Source: Escherichia coli (GTDB taxonomy: Bacteria; Pseudomonadota; Gammaproteobacteria; Enterobacterales; Enterobacteriaceae). Taken from it: a DNA stretch of 64,000 nt. A program made the position numbers and the translations under genes. Where the stretch lies: assembly GCF_046105845.1 (NCBI RefSeq), contig NZ_CP151004.1. The stretch is one strand, 5' to 3'. The notes under the pieces are model-generated. The model had not been told where the DNA came from and did not search any database. It worked only from the letters and a program-made list of their open reading frames with translations. This document shows positions 9,266 through 21,072 of this stretch, one piece after another. Within the stretch, counting starts at the first letter, position 1; the number at the start of each line of letters is the position of its first letter.

Positions 9266-12200
9266 TTATTCAAACAGGGCTTCAATATCGTTAATGAGTT
9301 CGCTGGCGGTGATGTCGTCGAGCACGGAGAACTGCGCTTCCTGTGTTGAATTACTCCCCCAGCCATAGCTTTCCGCTTTGCCTTCCCATAGCCACAGCTT
9401 ACTCAAGAGTTGCTCGGCACTGAGTTCGGCTGGCGACATGCCGACCGCAAAACCTTCATCGATTTTCATGATTAACGACCAGCGGCCCAGCGGTTTGATC
9501 ATCCAGCCGATCCAGCCACCGTCCTGCGGTTCACCACGCATCCAGCCTTTATTCGCCAGCCCCATTACCCGACCGCTCGGGCATTTTCTGCCTGCCCAGC
9601 GGGTCAATTCGCTGGCATTGCGCTCGGTTTCTGTCAGGGCGTAACTGTTACGGTCGAGCTGGCGGAACGGCGGTAGCAGTTCGTAGTCGGCAAAAAGTTG
9701 ACCAAAGGCGGCAGCATCCGTGGGTGATATTTCCAGAACGTGAGGAATCCAACAGAGATATCGCCTTCCGGCAGGGTGAAAAGATCATCGTCTGCGGTGC
9801 TGTAGCTGTTATCTTCCGCCACGCGAAAGCAAGCCAGTAGCTCGTTTTCGGTGCTATAAACGCCCCAAATCAGACGGCGGGTTAAGTGACGAACCAGCGG
9901 ATGCTCAACCAGGAAGAGCTGAAAGTTTTCCGGCGACCAGCGGCGGCGCAGGCACATGGCGGATTCCAGCCTTGCTACCTGCTGGGCGGCGACGGTACGC
10001 GCATCTTTTTTCAGCAATTTGTAGCGGTTAACAGCATCGTTTGCCTGTGATTCATCATCGCTTTTATTGGGTTTAGGTAAGTCTTTCAGGCGGCTGCCGG
10101 AAACATCGCGCACAAACGGTTTTAAGGTTTCATCAAAGCTGACGGTGAACTGGCGTGGGCCAAAATCCAGCAGCAGCGAACCGTTATCATCCAGACCGAG
10201 ATCCGGTGCTAACCGATCTTCAAGCTCCGCTACCGTCAGTTCGCGACTCTCGGCAATGTCGGCAATTTTTTCTTTTGCCCGCTCCTGTAATGCTTTGAAT
10301 TTCAGTTTCTGGGCGATCCCGTTAAGCTGCATCAGGGCGATATCACTACCGATAGCAGCGAGAATATCCAGCCCGACGGTGGCGCGTTTATGCTGGGATT
10401 CACCAGGCCAGGCGCGAATCAAAGGCGTCAGTTTGCGGGCGGTGTCGTCGTTACCGAGAACGCCTAACGCAGTGAACGCCCAGCTCTCTTTCGATGGTGC
10501 GCCAGCGGCCAGCCAGGCGGTAAACAGATCCCAGGTAAATTCAGCCAGTGAGTCGGCGGTACAGGCGGCTTTCACCTGCAATAATCCCGGATACAGTGCC
10601 TCTTCCTGAGGGAAGCGGAGCATTTCACCGAGGCGTAGGAGGGCGCTATCTGGCAGTGATTGGGCATTTGCTTTTAATACCGGGCGGGTCCAGATCGATG
10701 GCTGATAAAAGGCCGGAAGAGTGGGGATTTTTGTCGGGTGATTATCTAAGGGATCGAGCGCAAGCATAGCGTTCACCGCATCTATTACTTCCGGCTGGTT
10801 ATAACGCCGGGCGATTTCTTGCAGTAATGGCTGATGATCGTTTTCGATAAGCATACGCAAGGCAGCGCGGGCGTTATCCTGGGCTTCACCGGCTTTGCCG
10901 AGCGCCGCAGGCAGTAGGCCGGTAATGGCGTGTTCCGGGTATTTCAGCAGCCAGGTGCGGGCGTCTTGTCGTAGGGTTTTGAGTTTGTTGAAGGCGCGGG
11001 CGATCAGTGGCGCTAATTCGATAGCCGCAAAATATTGTGCTACAGGCAGAGCTTCTTGTGGATAGCGTGAAAAGGAGTGAATAAAACCCTGTAACCCAGT
11101 GAGTTGCAGGTGCGTCATGACAAACTCGACACCGACGTGTGGCTCTTTACTGAGGACATTCCACGCCTGCGCTGTCTTTTCGATAGGCAGGGCGGCTAAC
11201 ATGTAAAGCTGCCATTCCCGTTGATAGGAGTGCCAGAAGGTTTTAAATTCGCTGATCAGCGCGGAATAATGTCCCCTTTGCCAGAGATCTATAGCAGCAT
11301 CAGGCGCTTTCATATACTGGCCATTATTCCAGCGATTGAAACCCAGACGTGCCAGGTAGTTCTGAATATCCTCTTTTTGGCCGATGTCTATTTGATGTGC
11401 GTGCCAGCGATGCCTTGCATGAATCTCTTTTTCTGCCGTCTCGGTCAATGTGCAGCATGACTCCAACGATAATGGCGTTAAATCCAATACCGGTATAACA
11501 GATTTTTTCTTTTTCGAAAGCCAGGGCGGTGAGACTAATACGGCAGGCAGTAGATCGGCGCAGGCATGGTTTGAGGGCTGTGTCAGTTGTTGCAGGCATG
11601 CTTTCAGCACTGCAACTGCGGGTGTTGAGAGCCAGGGAGTGACCTGATCTGCCAGTGCCGGTTGCGAGATAAGCATCGTCATCAGCATAATGCGCCAACT
11701 ATTCTCTTCTTTTTGCGCAAGAAGTTCCGCCAGTGCCGCCAGTGCCGTGTGTGGGAACGCAGCGCAAGCCTTAGTCATTCGTTCATGGCAGCGTTTAGTT
11801 TTGCCAGACACACGTATAAGTAGCATTAATGCTTGTGGGTGATTGATCTCTGCGAGAATGCTTCCGCAAAGATCAGCATAAGCATAGGGGGCGAAGCGAG
11901 CGATTCCAGCAATCCCTTGCTCCTGCAAAACGGTGACATTCCAGATGCAACCATGGTAATAGTCATTAAAAAGGTCGTACGCGCAATAAGATTCCAGTGC
12001 TTTGAGTAAGGAAGATTCTTGAACAACAAGTTTCAGCCATTCAACAGTTTGGACATTTTTCTGCTTCAGTAACCGTCGTGCGACTTCTTCTGCAATCTCC
12101 GGGCGTTCCGGTAGCATTAGCGCTACCATCGGTTGTTGAACGGGAGGAATATCAGGTAAAGCTGTAATGAATTTATCTACACAGCGTTGCCACAAAGTTT

Positions 12201-13014
12201 CTTCTGCAAGAGCCAAATGCTTACGCAGTCGAACGTCAAAGGGGGTAACACAATGTGCATGGTTTAATAATGGCTGAAAAGTAATGTGTATGCTTGTTCT
12301 GTGATAAGCGCAATCGAACGAGATATATTGCATGGCAATAAACATATCCACGGCAAATTCTAGTCCGTAGACATAGACAATTTCATCCATGAGTTCAGGG
12401 CATTCGCCCCAGAATTTACGCGAAACCAGACCAACCTGTACAGCCAACGCAGCAGGAGAAAGTGGACCATTAGCGAGAGCTTCATTGATATTCTGCTGCC
12501 AGTTAGCAGAACATGCACTGAAATCGTATGTTGTTAATTTTCCTGATAGATTATGAATATCCTGACCTAAATTCATAAGGAGGCTGTCTTGTGGTTCGCT
12601 TACAGCATCCCCAGGAAAACGTCGGGAAGGTAAGGCCTCCTGAGACTTTTTCTCCGATAGATGGATAGTGGAATCATCTGTAAGCCACGGGCATGGTGTC
12701 TCAGCAGGTTCAGCAACCATACTTTGGTCAAATACGACAGTGGTTTCTGCCACGCCAGTTGTATCTACTTCGATCGTTTCTATTTTGATTGCGGTTTGGG
12801 ATGGCGAAGATAATTCTTCCACATACCCCTTCTTCACCTTCTCCGCAATCAGCTTCAGTCCCGCTTTTTCCGCCGCTGCTGCATCCGCAAAACTTTTTAC
12901 CTGGCTTTGTCCGTTGGTGCCGACTTTACCCCAGTTGATGTGCAGTTCGTTTCCCTGCTGCTCCACCGCCCAGAATTTATGTGATTTTTCGTCCTGATAG
13001 ATAAAGTGTTTCAT
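9266..13014 (-). pseudogene. molR: molR-like paralog of yehI with WGR-type N-terminus, disrupted by a frameshift near 9607-9634
   Basis: ORF 9634..13014 (1126 aa) plus out-of-frame 9266..9607 whose product aligns with the YehI C-terminus; N-terminus FWAVEQQGNELHINWGKVGTNGQ is WGR-like. Confidence 0.75.
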
Positions 13015-13113
13015 TCTGCATCCCTGTAATTTTATCCAGTTGAATGCTGATGCTACCAGTATTTATGCGGGTTAGAGAGAGACAAAATCGCAAGAAAACA
13101 ACTTTAGGAATTT

Positions 13114-13143
13114 ATAAAGAAAAGGCGCTGTCGATGCAGCGCC
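13114..13143 (-). terminator. Rho-independent terminator downstream of metG
   Basis: GC stem ggcgctg/cagcgcc followed by a T-run on the minus strand. Confidence 0.6.
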
Positions 13144-13154
13144 TTGAAGGGGGA

Positions 13155-15188
13155 TTATTTCACCTGATGACCCGGTTTAGCACCGGCATCCGGGCTTAGC
13201 AGGAAAATATCTTTCCCGCCAGGACCGGCAGCCATCACCATGCCTTCAGAGATACCGAAGCGCATTTTACGTGGTGCCAGGTTAGCCACCATAATGGTGT
13301 GACGACCAATCAGTGCCTGCGGATCCGGGTAAGCAGAACGAATGCCGGAGAAGACATTGCGTTTTTCACCGCCGAGATCCAGCGTCAGGCGCAGCAGTTT
13401 GTCAGAACCTTCAACAAACTCTGCGTTTTCGATCAACGCCACGCGCAGGTCAACTTTGGCGAAGTCGTCAAAGGTGATGGTTTCCTGAATCGGATCATCT
13501 GCCAGCGGGCCAGTAACTGGTGCGGCAGCGGCTTTCACTTCTTCTTTAGAGGCTTCCACCAGTGCTTCAACCTGCTTCATGTCGATGCGGTTATACAGCG
13601 CTTTGAACGGATTCACTTTGTGGCCCAGCAGCGGTTGCTGGATACCATCCCAGGTCAGTTCCGTATTAAGGAATGCTTCTGCGCGCTCGGTCAGTATCGG
13701 CAGTACCGGCTTCAGGTAAGTCATCAGCACGCGGAACAGGTTTATGCCCATTGAGCAAATTGCCTGCAGGTCGACATCGCGGTCTTCCTGTTTCGCCACC
13801 ACCCACGGAGCCTGTTCATCGACATAGCGGTTAGCCAGATCAGCCAGCGCCATAATTTCGCGTACTGCTTTACCAAATTCGCGGCTTTCCCACGCTTCAC
13901 CAACCACTTCAGCGGCATCCGTGAAGGTTTTGTACAACTGCGGGTCAGCCAGTTCGCTTGCCAGCACGCCGTCAAAACGCTTGTTGATAAAGCCAGCGTT
14001 ACGGGATGCCAGGTTAACCACTTTATTCACGATATCGGCATTCACACGCTGAACGAAATCTTCCAGGTTGAGATCGATATCATCAATGCGCGAAGAGAGT
14101 TTCGCAGTGTAGTAGTAACGCAGGCTGTCAGCATCAAAATGATTCAGCCAGGTGCTGGCTTTAATAAAGGTGCCGCGAGACTTGGACATCTTCGCGCCGT
14201 TCACCGTCACATAGCCATGAACAAACAGGTTAGTCGGTTTGCGGAAGTTGCTGCCTTCCAGCATTGCTGGCCAGAACAGGCTGTGGAAGTAAACAATATC
14301 TTTACCGATGAAGTGGTACAGCTCGGCGGTGGAGTCTTTCTTCCAGTATTCATCGAAGCTTACGCTGTCGCCGCGCTTGTCGCACAGATTCTTGAAAGAA
14401 CCCATATAGCCAATCGGCGCATCCAGCCAGACGTAGAAATATTTGCCCGGTGCGTTCGGAATTTCAAAACCGAAGTACGGCGCATCGCGGGAGATATCCC
14501 ACTGTTGCAGGCCAGATTCAAACCACTCCTGCATTTTGTTTGCCACCTGCTCCTGCAACGCGCCACTGCGGGTCCATGCCTGCAACATTTCGCTGAAAGA
14601 GGGCAGATCAAAGAAGAAGTGTTCAGAATCACGCATTACCGGCGTAGCACCAGAAACCACCGATTTAGGCTCGATAAGCTCAGTCGGGCTGTAGGTCGCG
14701 CCGCAGACTTCGCAGTTATCGCCGTATTGATCCGGGGATTTACATTTCGGGCAGGTGCCTTTTACAAAACGGTCCGGCAGGAACATGCCTTTTTCTGGAT
14801 CGTACAGCTGTGAGATGGTGCGGTTTTTAATAAAACCGTTCTCTTTCAGGCGAGAATAAATAAGTTCTGACAACTGGCGGTTCTCTTCGCTGTGCGTCGA
14901 GTGATAGTTGTCATAGCTGATGTTAAAGCCCGCAAAATCAGTCTGATGTTCCTGACTCATTTCGCCAATCATCTGCTCCGGGGTGATACCAAGCTGCTGA
15001 GCTTTCAGCATGATCGGTGTGCCGTGGGCATCGTCGGCGCAGATGAAGTTGACCTCGTGGCCGCGCATTCGCTGGTAACGGACCCAGACATCAGCCTGGA
15101 TGTGCTCCAGCATATGGCCGAGGTGGATTGAGCCGTTAGCGTACGGCAGTGCGCACGTCACCAGAATTTTCTTCGCGACTTGAGTCAT
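13155..15188 (-). CDS. metG: Methionyl-tRNA synthetase
   Basis: 677 aa from [26 protein letters not shown] (HIGH motif) and KMSKS present. Confidence 0.97.
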   Translation of the reverse strand: MTQVAKKILVTCALPYANGSIHLGHMLEHIQADVWVRYQRMRGHEVNFICADDAHGTPIMLKAQQLGITPEQMIGEMSQEHQTDFAGFNISYDNYHSTHSEENRQLSELIYSRLKENGFIKNRTISQLYDPEKGMFLPDRFVKGTCPKCKSPDQYGDNCEVCGATYSPTELIEPKSVVSGATPVMRDSEHFFFDLPSFSEMLQAWTRSGALQEQVANKMQEWFESGLQQWDISRDAPYFGFEIPNAPGKYFYVWLDAPIGYMGSFKNLCDKRGDSVSFDEYWKKDSTAELYHFIGKDIVYFHSLFWPAMLEGSNFRKPTNLFVHGYVTVNGAKMSKSRGTFIKASTWLNHFDADSLRYYYTAKLSSRIDDIDLNLEDFVQRVNADIVNKVVNLASRNAGFINKRFDGVLASELADPQLYKTFTDAAEVVGEAWESREFGKAVREIMALADLANRYVDEQAPWVVAKQEDRDVDLQAICSMGINLFRVLMTYLKPVLPILTERAEAFLNTELTWDGIQQPLLGHKVNPFKALYNRIDMKQVEALVEASKEEVKAAAAPVTGPLADDPIQETITFDDFAKVDLRVALIENAEFVEGSDKLLRLTLDLGGEKRNVFSGIRSAYPDPQALIGRHTIMVANLAPRKMRFGISEGMVMAAGPGGKDIFLLSPDAGAKPGHQVK

Positions 15189-15319
15189 AGTAGGCATTAC
15201 TTCTTAATAGTGAAAAGGGGTTAGATAGTACCAAATGGGAAAATGTTAAGTAAGTACTTCTCTATATTCTTCAGGTAAACTATCAGCTGATGGTTTATCT
15301 ATACAAAAAAGGAGTCGGG

Positions 15320-16429
15320 ATGAACGAACAATCCCAGGCCAAATCACCAGAAGCCTTGCGCGCAATGGTCGCCGGGACACTGGCCAATTTTCAGCACCCA
15401 ACCCTGAAGCATAACCTCACCACGCTGAAAGCGTTGCACCATGTCGCCTGGATGGACGACACGCTGCATGTGGAACTGGTTATGCCATTCGTCTGGCATA
15501 GCGCGTTCGAAGAGTTAAAAGAGCAATGTAGCGCCGAACTGCTGCGCATCACCGGAGCGAAAGCTATCGACTGGAAACTGTCGCATAACATAGCCACTCT
15601 GAAACGCGTGAAGAATCAGCCGGGAATTAACGGCGTGAAGAACATTATCGCGGTCAGTTCCGGTAAAGGTGGCGTGGGTAAATCCTCCACGGCGGTAAAC
15701 CTGGCGTTGGCACTGGCGGCGGAAGGGGCGAAAGTCGGCATTCTGGACGCCGATATCTACGGCCCATCAATCCCTACCATGCTGGGCGCAGAAAATCAGC
15801 GTCCAACTTCGCCGGACGGTACCCATATGGCACCGATTATGTCTCATGGACTGGCAACCAATTCAATTGGTTATCTGGTCACTGACGACAATGCGATGGT
15901 GTGGCGTGGTCCGATGGCGAGCAAGGCGTTAATGCAGATGTTGCAGGAAACCTTGTGGCCGGATCTCGACTATCTGGTGCTTGATATGCCGCCAGGCACC
16001 GGTGACATTCAATTGACACTGGCACAAAACATTCCAGTAACTGGTGCGGTCGTGGTCACCACCCCACAAGACATCGCGTTGATCGATGCGAAAAAAGGCA
16101 TTGTGATGTTCGAGAAAGTCGAGGTTCCGGTGCTTGGTATTGTCGAGAACATGAGTGTGCATATTTGCAGTAACTGTGGTCACCATGAACCGATTTTCGG
16201 TACCGGTGGTGCTGAGAAACTGGCTGAAAAATACCACACACAGCTGCTGGGGCAGATGCCGTTACACATCTCCTTACGTGAGGATCTCGATAAAGGCACG
16301 CCAACGGTTATCAGCCGTCCGGAGAGCGAATTTACCGCTATCTACCGCCAGCTGGCTGACCGCGTTGCAGCTCAGCTCTACTGGCAGGGTGAAGTCATTC
16401 CAGGCGAGATTTCCTTCCGCGCGGTCTAA
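15320..16429 (+). CDS. apbC: Fe-S cluster carrier ATPase Mrp/ApbC
   Basis: 369 aa from MNEQSQAKSPEAL; P-loop SGKGGVGKS; divergent from metG. Confidence 0.95.
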   Translation: MNEQSQAKSPEALRAMVAGTLANFQHPTLKHNLTTLKALHHVAWMDDTLHVELVMPFVWHSAFEELKEQCSAELLRITGAKAIDWKLSHNIATLKRVKNQPGINGVKNIIAVSSGKGGVGKSSTAVNLALALAAEGAKVGILDADIYGPSIPTMLGAENQRPTSPDGTHMAPIMSHGLATNSIGYLVTDDNAMVWRGPMASKALMQMLQETLWPDLDYLVLDMPPGTGDIQLTLAQNIPVTGAVVVTTPQDIALIDAKKGIVMFEKVEVPVLGIVENMSVHICSNCGHHEPIFGTGGAEKLAEKYHTQLLGQMPLHISLREDLDKGTPTVISRPESEFTAIYRQLADRVAAQLYWQGEVIPGEISFRAV

Positions 16430-16458
16430 CGCCTATTAACCATTCTGGTTATTCTTTA

Positions 16459-16500
16459 TACACCGCAGAGATGTTACATTGATGCGGTGTATTTGTTTTT
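16459..16500 (+). terminator. Rho-independent terminator after apbC
   Basis: 9-bp stem tacaccgca/tgcggtgta followed by tttgttttt. Confidence 0.6.
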
Positions 16501-16691
16501 GCTGCATTAATGAACACTTATTTAATGCTGCGAATATTCTGCGGACCTTCGTCCGAAACTCTATAAAGTCGATTGATCGTACAGGCAATGCTTCATTATC
16601 ATCCTTCGTGGCTGTGTAGTGGATGTACAGCTATAGTTTGTTATGCACTCATTCTATCCAGGCATAACCTTTACTACAGGGATAACGTTCA

Positions 16692-16973
16692 ATGAATAAG
16701 TACTGGCTGTCAGGAATTATTTTTCTTGCCTATGGAATGGCTTCTCCCGCGTTCTCTTCACAGACTGCCACATTAACGATTAATGGCAGGATCAGTCCCC
16801 CAACATGCAGTATGGCTATGGTTAATGGTCAACCTCAACAGCATTGTGGTCAGTTAACGTATGATGTTGATACCCGTCATCAGGTTTCTTCGCCAGTCAA
16901 AGGTGTAACGACAGAAGTGGTTGTTGCAGGTAGCGATAGCAAACGTCGAATCGTGTTAAATCGCTACGATTAA
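16692..16973 (+). CDS. yehE: Small secreted protein upstream of the yeh fimbrial operon
   Basis: 93-aa ORF with N-terminal signal peptide. Confidence 0.75.
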   Translation: MNKYWLSGIIFLAYGMASPAFSSQTATLTINGRISPPTCSMAMVNGQPQQHCGQLTYDVDTRHQVSSPVKGVTTEVVVAGSDSKRRIVLNRYD

Positions 16974-17006
16974 TTTGCCACCCTGGTTTTTTAATCGAAT
17001 TTAGAA

Positions 17007-17046
17007 AGCTGAAATCATTCGCGTGAATGATTTCAGCTTTTTTATT
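17007..17046 (+). terminator. Rho-independent terminator after yehE
   Basis: Stem agctgaaatcattc/gaatgatttcagct followed by tttttatt. Confidence 0.7.
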
Positions 17047-17268
17047 GATATCAATAATATCATTTACAAAAATCTGCATTAATTAATAGATGTGATAAAT
17101 ATTTAATATGCTTAAGTATTTGTTGTATTTATATTGCAATAGTTAATTTGTTTTAAATCAATAAAACAATATGTTTACATTGCGGCAACTTTTTTGATGT
17201 GAGAAATTTGTTTCCAAGAGATACAGACTCTTAACAACCAAAAAATAAATTTTATTAAGGAACATATT

Positions 17269-17811
17269 ATGAAACGTTCAATTATTGCTGCCGCTGTTTT
17301 TTCTTCTTTTTTTATGAGTGCTGGGGTATTTGCCGCAGACGTTGATACCGGAACATTAAGTATTAAAGGGAATATTGCAGAATCTCCGTGTAAATTCGAA
17401 GCGGGTGGCGATTCAGTAAGTATTAATATGCCAACTGTACCAACCACTGTCTTTGAAGGTAAAGCTAAATACTCGACCTATGATGATGCAGTCGGTGTAA
17501 CCAGCAGCATGTTAAAAATTAGCTGTCCGAAAGAAGTTGCTGGTGTAAAACTCTCGTTGATTACCAACGATAAAATAACCGGAAACGATAAGGCGATAGC
17601 CAGTAGCAACGATACCGTGGGGTACTATCTCTATTTAGGTGATAACAGCGATGTCCTGGATGTTTCTGCACCTTTTAACATTGAGAGTTATAAAACAGCG
17701 GAAGGTCAATATGCTATTCCGTTTAAAGCAAAATACCTGAAGCTGACAGATAATTCAGTGCAATCAGGTGATGTGTTATCTTCTCTGGTTATGCGTGTGG
17801 CGCAGGATTAA
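17269..17811 (+). CDS. yehD: Fimbrial major subunit (chaperone-usher family)
   Basis: 180 aa, signal peptide, conserved Cys pair, fimbrial-like C-terminus. Confidence 0.85.
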   Translation: MKRSIIAAAVFSSFFMSAGVFAADVDTGTLSIKGNIAESPCKFEAGGDSVSINMPTVPTTVFEGKAKYSTYDDAVGVTSSMLKISCPKEVAGVKLSLITNDKITGNDKAIASSNDTVGYYLYLGDNSDVLDVSAPFNIESYKTAEGQYAIPFKAKYLKLTDNSVQSGDVLSSLVMRVAQD

Positions 17812-17845
17812 TAAATAAAATTTCAAGTTTCTCCAGTTAATAAAC

Positions 17846-17875
17846 ATGGCCGCTATCCCCATGGCGGCCTTTTAA
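17846..17875 (+). terminator. Probable intra-operon attenuator between subunit and chaperone genes
   Basis: GC hairpin ggccgc...gcggcc followed by tttt. Confidence 0.45.
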
Positions 17876-17891
17876 TTTAAGAGGCATTAAG

Positions 17892-18566
17892 ATGAAAGGA
17901 TTATTAGCTTTACTCATTTCTTCTATGGTCCTTCCTGCACATGCCGGTATTGTTATCTACGGGACGCGTATTATTTACCCGGCAGAAAATAAAGAAGTGA
18001 TGGTGCAGTTGATGAATCAGGGAAACCGTTCTTCGCTGCTGCAGGCGTGGATTGATGATGGCGATACGTCGTTACCACCAGAAAAAATTCAGGTTCCTTT
18101 CATGTTAACGCCACCAGTGGCAAAAATAGGGGCAAATTCCGGGCAGCAAGTAAAAATCAAAATTATGCCGAATAAACTGCCTACTAATAAAGAGAGCATT
18201 TTTTATCTGAATGTTCTGGATATTCCACCAAATAGTCCAGAGCAAGAGGGCAAGAATGCACTGAAATTTGCAATGCAAAACAGAATTAAATTGTTTTACC
18301 GGCCTGCGGGTATTGCACCGGTAAATAAAGCGACATTTAAAAAGTTACTGGTAAATCGCAGTGGCAATGGATTGGTGATAAAAAATGACTCAGCAAATTG
18401 GGTAACGATTTCGGATGTCAAAGCTAATAATGTCAAAGTCAATTATGAAACTATTATGATTGCCCCCTTAGAAAGTCAGAGTATTAATGTCAAAAATAAT
18501 AATGCGAATAACTGGTACCTGACCATTATCGATGACCATGGCAACTATATTAGTGACAAAATTTAA
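17892..18566 (+). CDS. yehC: Periplasmic fimbrial chaperone
   Basis: 224 aa, signal peptide, PapD-like; GAGG ribosome-binding site upstream. Confidence 0.85.
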   Translation: MKGLLALLISSMVLPAHAGIVIYGTRIIYPAENKEVMVQLMNQGNRSSLLQAWIDDGDTSLPPEKIQVPFMLTPPVAKIGANSGQQVKIKIMPNKLPTNKESIFYLNVLDIPPNSPEQEGKNALKFAMQNRIKLFYRPAGIAPVNKATFKKLLVNRSGNGLVIKNDSANWVTISDVKANNVKVNYETIMIAPLESQSINVKNNNANNWYLTIIDDHGNYISDKI

Positions 18567-18581
18567 TTGCAGGAGCTGCCT

Positions 18582-21062
18582 ATGTTGAGAATGACCCCAC
18601 TTGCATCAGCAATCGTAGCGTTATTGCTCGGCATTGAAGCTTATGCAGCTGAAGAAACCTTTGATACCCATTTTATGATAGGTGGAGTGAAAGATCAGCA
18701 GGTTGCAAATATTCGTCTTGATGATAATCAACCCTTGCCGGGGCAGTATGACATCGATATTTATGTCAATAAGCAATGGCGCGGGAAATATGAGATCATT
18801 GTTAAAGACAACCCGCAAGAAACATGTTTATCAAGGGAAATTATCAAGCGGTTAGGCATTAATACCGATAACTTTGCCAGCGGTAAGCAATGTTTAACAT
18901 TTGAGCAACTTGTTCAGGGAGGGAGCTATACCTGGGATATCGGAGTTTTTCGTCTCGATTTCAGTGTCCCGCAGGCGTGGGTGGAAGAACTGGAAAGTGG
19001 CTATGTTCCACCGGAAAACTGGGAGCGGGGTATTAATGCGTTTTATACCTCTTATTATGTGAGTCAGTATTACAGCGACTATAAAGCGTCGGGTAATAGC
19101 AAGAGTACATATGTACGTTTTAACAGCGGGTTAAACTTACTGGGGTGGCAACTGCATTCTGATGCCAGTTTCAGTAAAACAAATAGCAATCCAGGGGTGT
19201 GGAAAAGCAATACCCTGTATCTGGAACGTGGATTTGCCCAACTTCTCGGCACGCTTCGCGTGGGTGATATGTACACATCAAGCGATATTTTTGATTCTGT
19301 TCGCTTCAGCGGTGTGCGGTTGTTTCGTGATATGCAGATGTTGCCTAACTCGAAACAAAATTTTACTCCACGGGTGCAGGGGATTGCTCAGAGTAACGCG
19401 CTGGTAACTATTGAACAGAACGGTTTTGTGGTTTATCAGAAAGAGGTTCCTCCTGGCCCGTTTGCGATTACAGATTTGCAGTTGGCCGGTGGTGGAGCGG
19501 ATCTTGATGTCAGCGTGAAAGAGGCGGACGGTTCGGTAACCACCTATCTGGTGCCTTATGCAGCGGTGCCAAATATGCTGCAACCTGGCGTATCGAAATA
19601 TGATTTTGCGGCGGGTCGTAGCCATATTGAAGGGGCAAGCAAACAAAGTGATTTTGTCCAGGCGGGTTATCAGTATGGTTTTAATAATTTATTGACGCTG
19701 TATGGTGGCTCGATGGTCGCGAATAATTATTACGCGTTCACTTTGGGGACTGGCTGGAATACACGCATTGGTGCCATTTCCGTCGATGCCACGAAGTCGC
19801 ATAGTAAACAAGACAACGGCGATGTGTTTGACGGGCAAAGTTATCAAATTGCCTACAACAAATTTGTGAGCCAAACGTCGACGCGTTTTGGTCTGGCGGC
19901 CTGGCGTTATTCGTCGCGTGATTACCGGACATTTAACGATCACGTTTGGGCAAACAATAAAGATAATTATCGCCGTGATGAAAACGATATCTATGACATT
20001 GCCGATTATTACCAGAACGATTTTGGCCGTAAAAATAGCTTTTCTGCCAATATGAGCCAGTCATTGCCAGAAGGCTGGGGTTCTGTGTCCTTAAGTACGT
20101 TATGGCGAGATTACTGGGGGCGTAGCGGCAGCAGTAAGGATTATCAGTTGAGTTATTCCAACAACCTGCGACGGATAAGCTATACCCTCGCGGCAAGCCA
20201 GGCTTATGACGAGAATCATCATGAAGAGAAACGTTTTAATATTTTTATATCGATTCCCTTTGATTGGGGTGATGACGTTACGACGCCTCGTCGGCAAATA
20301 TATATGTCTAACTCAACGACGTTTGATGATCAGGGTTTTGCCTCAAATAATACGGGATTATCGGGAACCGTTGGAAGCCGGGATCAATTTAACTATGGGG
20401 TCAACCTGAGTCATCAGCATCAGGGAAATGAAACGACAGCTGGAGCGAATTTAACCTGGAACGCGCCGGTTGCGACAGTGAATGGCAGTTATAGTCAGTC
20501 GAGTACTTATCGACAGGCTGGAGCCAGTGTTTCAGGGGGCATTGTCGCCTGGTCGGGGGGCGTTAATCTGGCGAACCGTCTTTCCGAAACGTTTGCAGTG
20601 ATGAATGCGCCAGGAATTAAAGATGCTTATGTCAATGGGCAAAAATATCGCACAACAAACCGTAATGGAGTGGTGGTATACGACGGAATGACACCTTATC
20701 GGGAAAATCACCTGATGCTGGATGTGTCGCAAAGCGATAGCGAAGCAGAATTGCGCGGTAACCGGAAAATTGCCGCCCCTTTTCGCGGCGCGGTTGTACT
20801 GGTTAATTTTGATACCGATCAGCGCAAGCCCTGGTTTATAAAAGCGTTAAGAGCGGATGGGCAACCATTAACGTTTGGTTATGAAGTCAATGATATCCAC
20901 GGTCATAATATTGGCGTTGTCGGCCAGGGAAGTCAGTTATTTATTCGCACCAATGAAGTACCGCCATCGGTTAATGTAGCAATTGATAAGCAACAAGGAC
21001 TTTCATGCACAATCACCTTCGGTAAAGAGATTGATGAAAGTAGAAATTATATCTGTTGGTGA
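18582..21062 (+). CDS. yehB: Outer-membrane fimbrial usher
   Basis: 826 aa from MLRMTPLASAIV; usher-family size and composition. Confidence 0.9.
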   Translation: MLRMTPLASAIVALLLGIEAYAAEETFDTHFMIGGVKDQQVANIRLDDNQPLPGQYDIDIYVNKQWRGKYEIIVKDNPQETCLSREIIKRLGINTDNFASGKQCLTFEQLVQGGSYTWDIGVFRLDFSVPQAWVEELESGYVPPENWERGINAFYTSYYVSQYYSDYKASGNSKSTYVRFNSGLNLLGWQLHSDASFSKTNSNPGVWKSNTLYLERGFAQLLGTLRVGDMYTSSDIFDSVRFSGVRLFRDMQMLPNSKQNFTPRVQGIAQSNALVTIEQNGFVVYQKEVPPGPFAITDLQLAGGGADLDVSVKEADGSVTTYLVPYAAVPNMLQPGVSKYDFAAGRSHIEGASKQSDFVQAGYQYGFNNLLTLYGGSMVANNYYAFTLGTGWNTRIGAISVDATKSHSKQDNGDVFDGQSYQIAYNKFVSQTSTRFGLAAWRYSSRDYRTFNDHVWANNKDNYRRDENDIYDIADYYQNDFGRKNSFSANMSQSLPEGWGSVSLSTLWRDYWGRSGSSKDYQLSYSNNLRRISYTLAASQAYDENHHEEKRFNIFISIPFDWGDDVTTPRRQIYMSNSTTFDDQGFASNNTGLSGTVGSRDQFNYGVNLSHQHQGNETTAGANLTWNAPVATVNGSYSQSSTYRQAGASVSGGIVAWSGGVNLANRLSETFAVMNAPGIKDAYVNGQKYRTTNRNGVVVYDGMTPYRENHLMLDVSQSDSEAELRGNRKIAAPFRGAVVLVNFDTDQRKPWFIKALRADGQPLTFGYEVNDIHGHNIGVVGQGSQLFIRTNEVPPSVNVAIDKQQGLSCTITFGKEIDESRNYICW

Positions 21063-21072
21063 GAGGTGGAAT

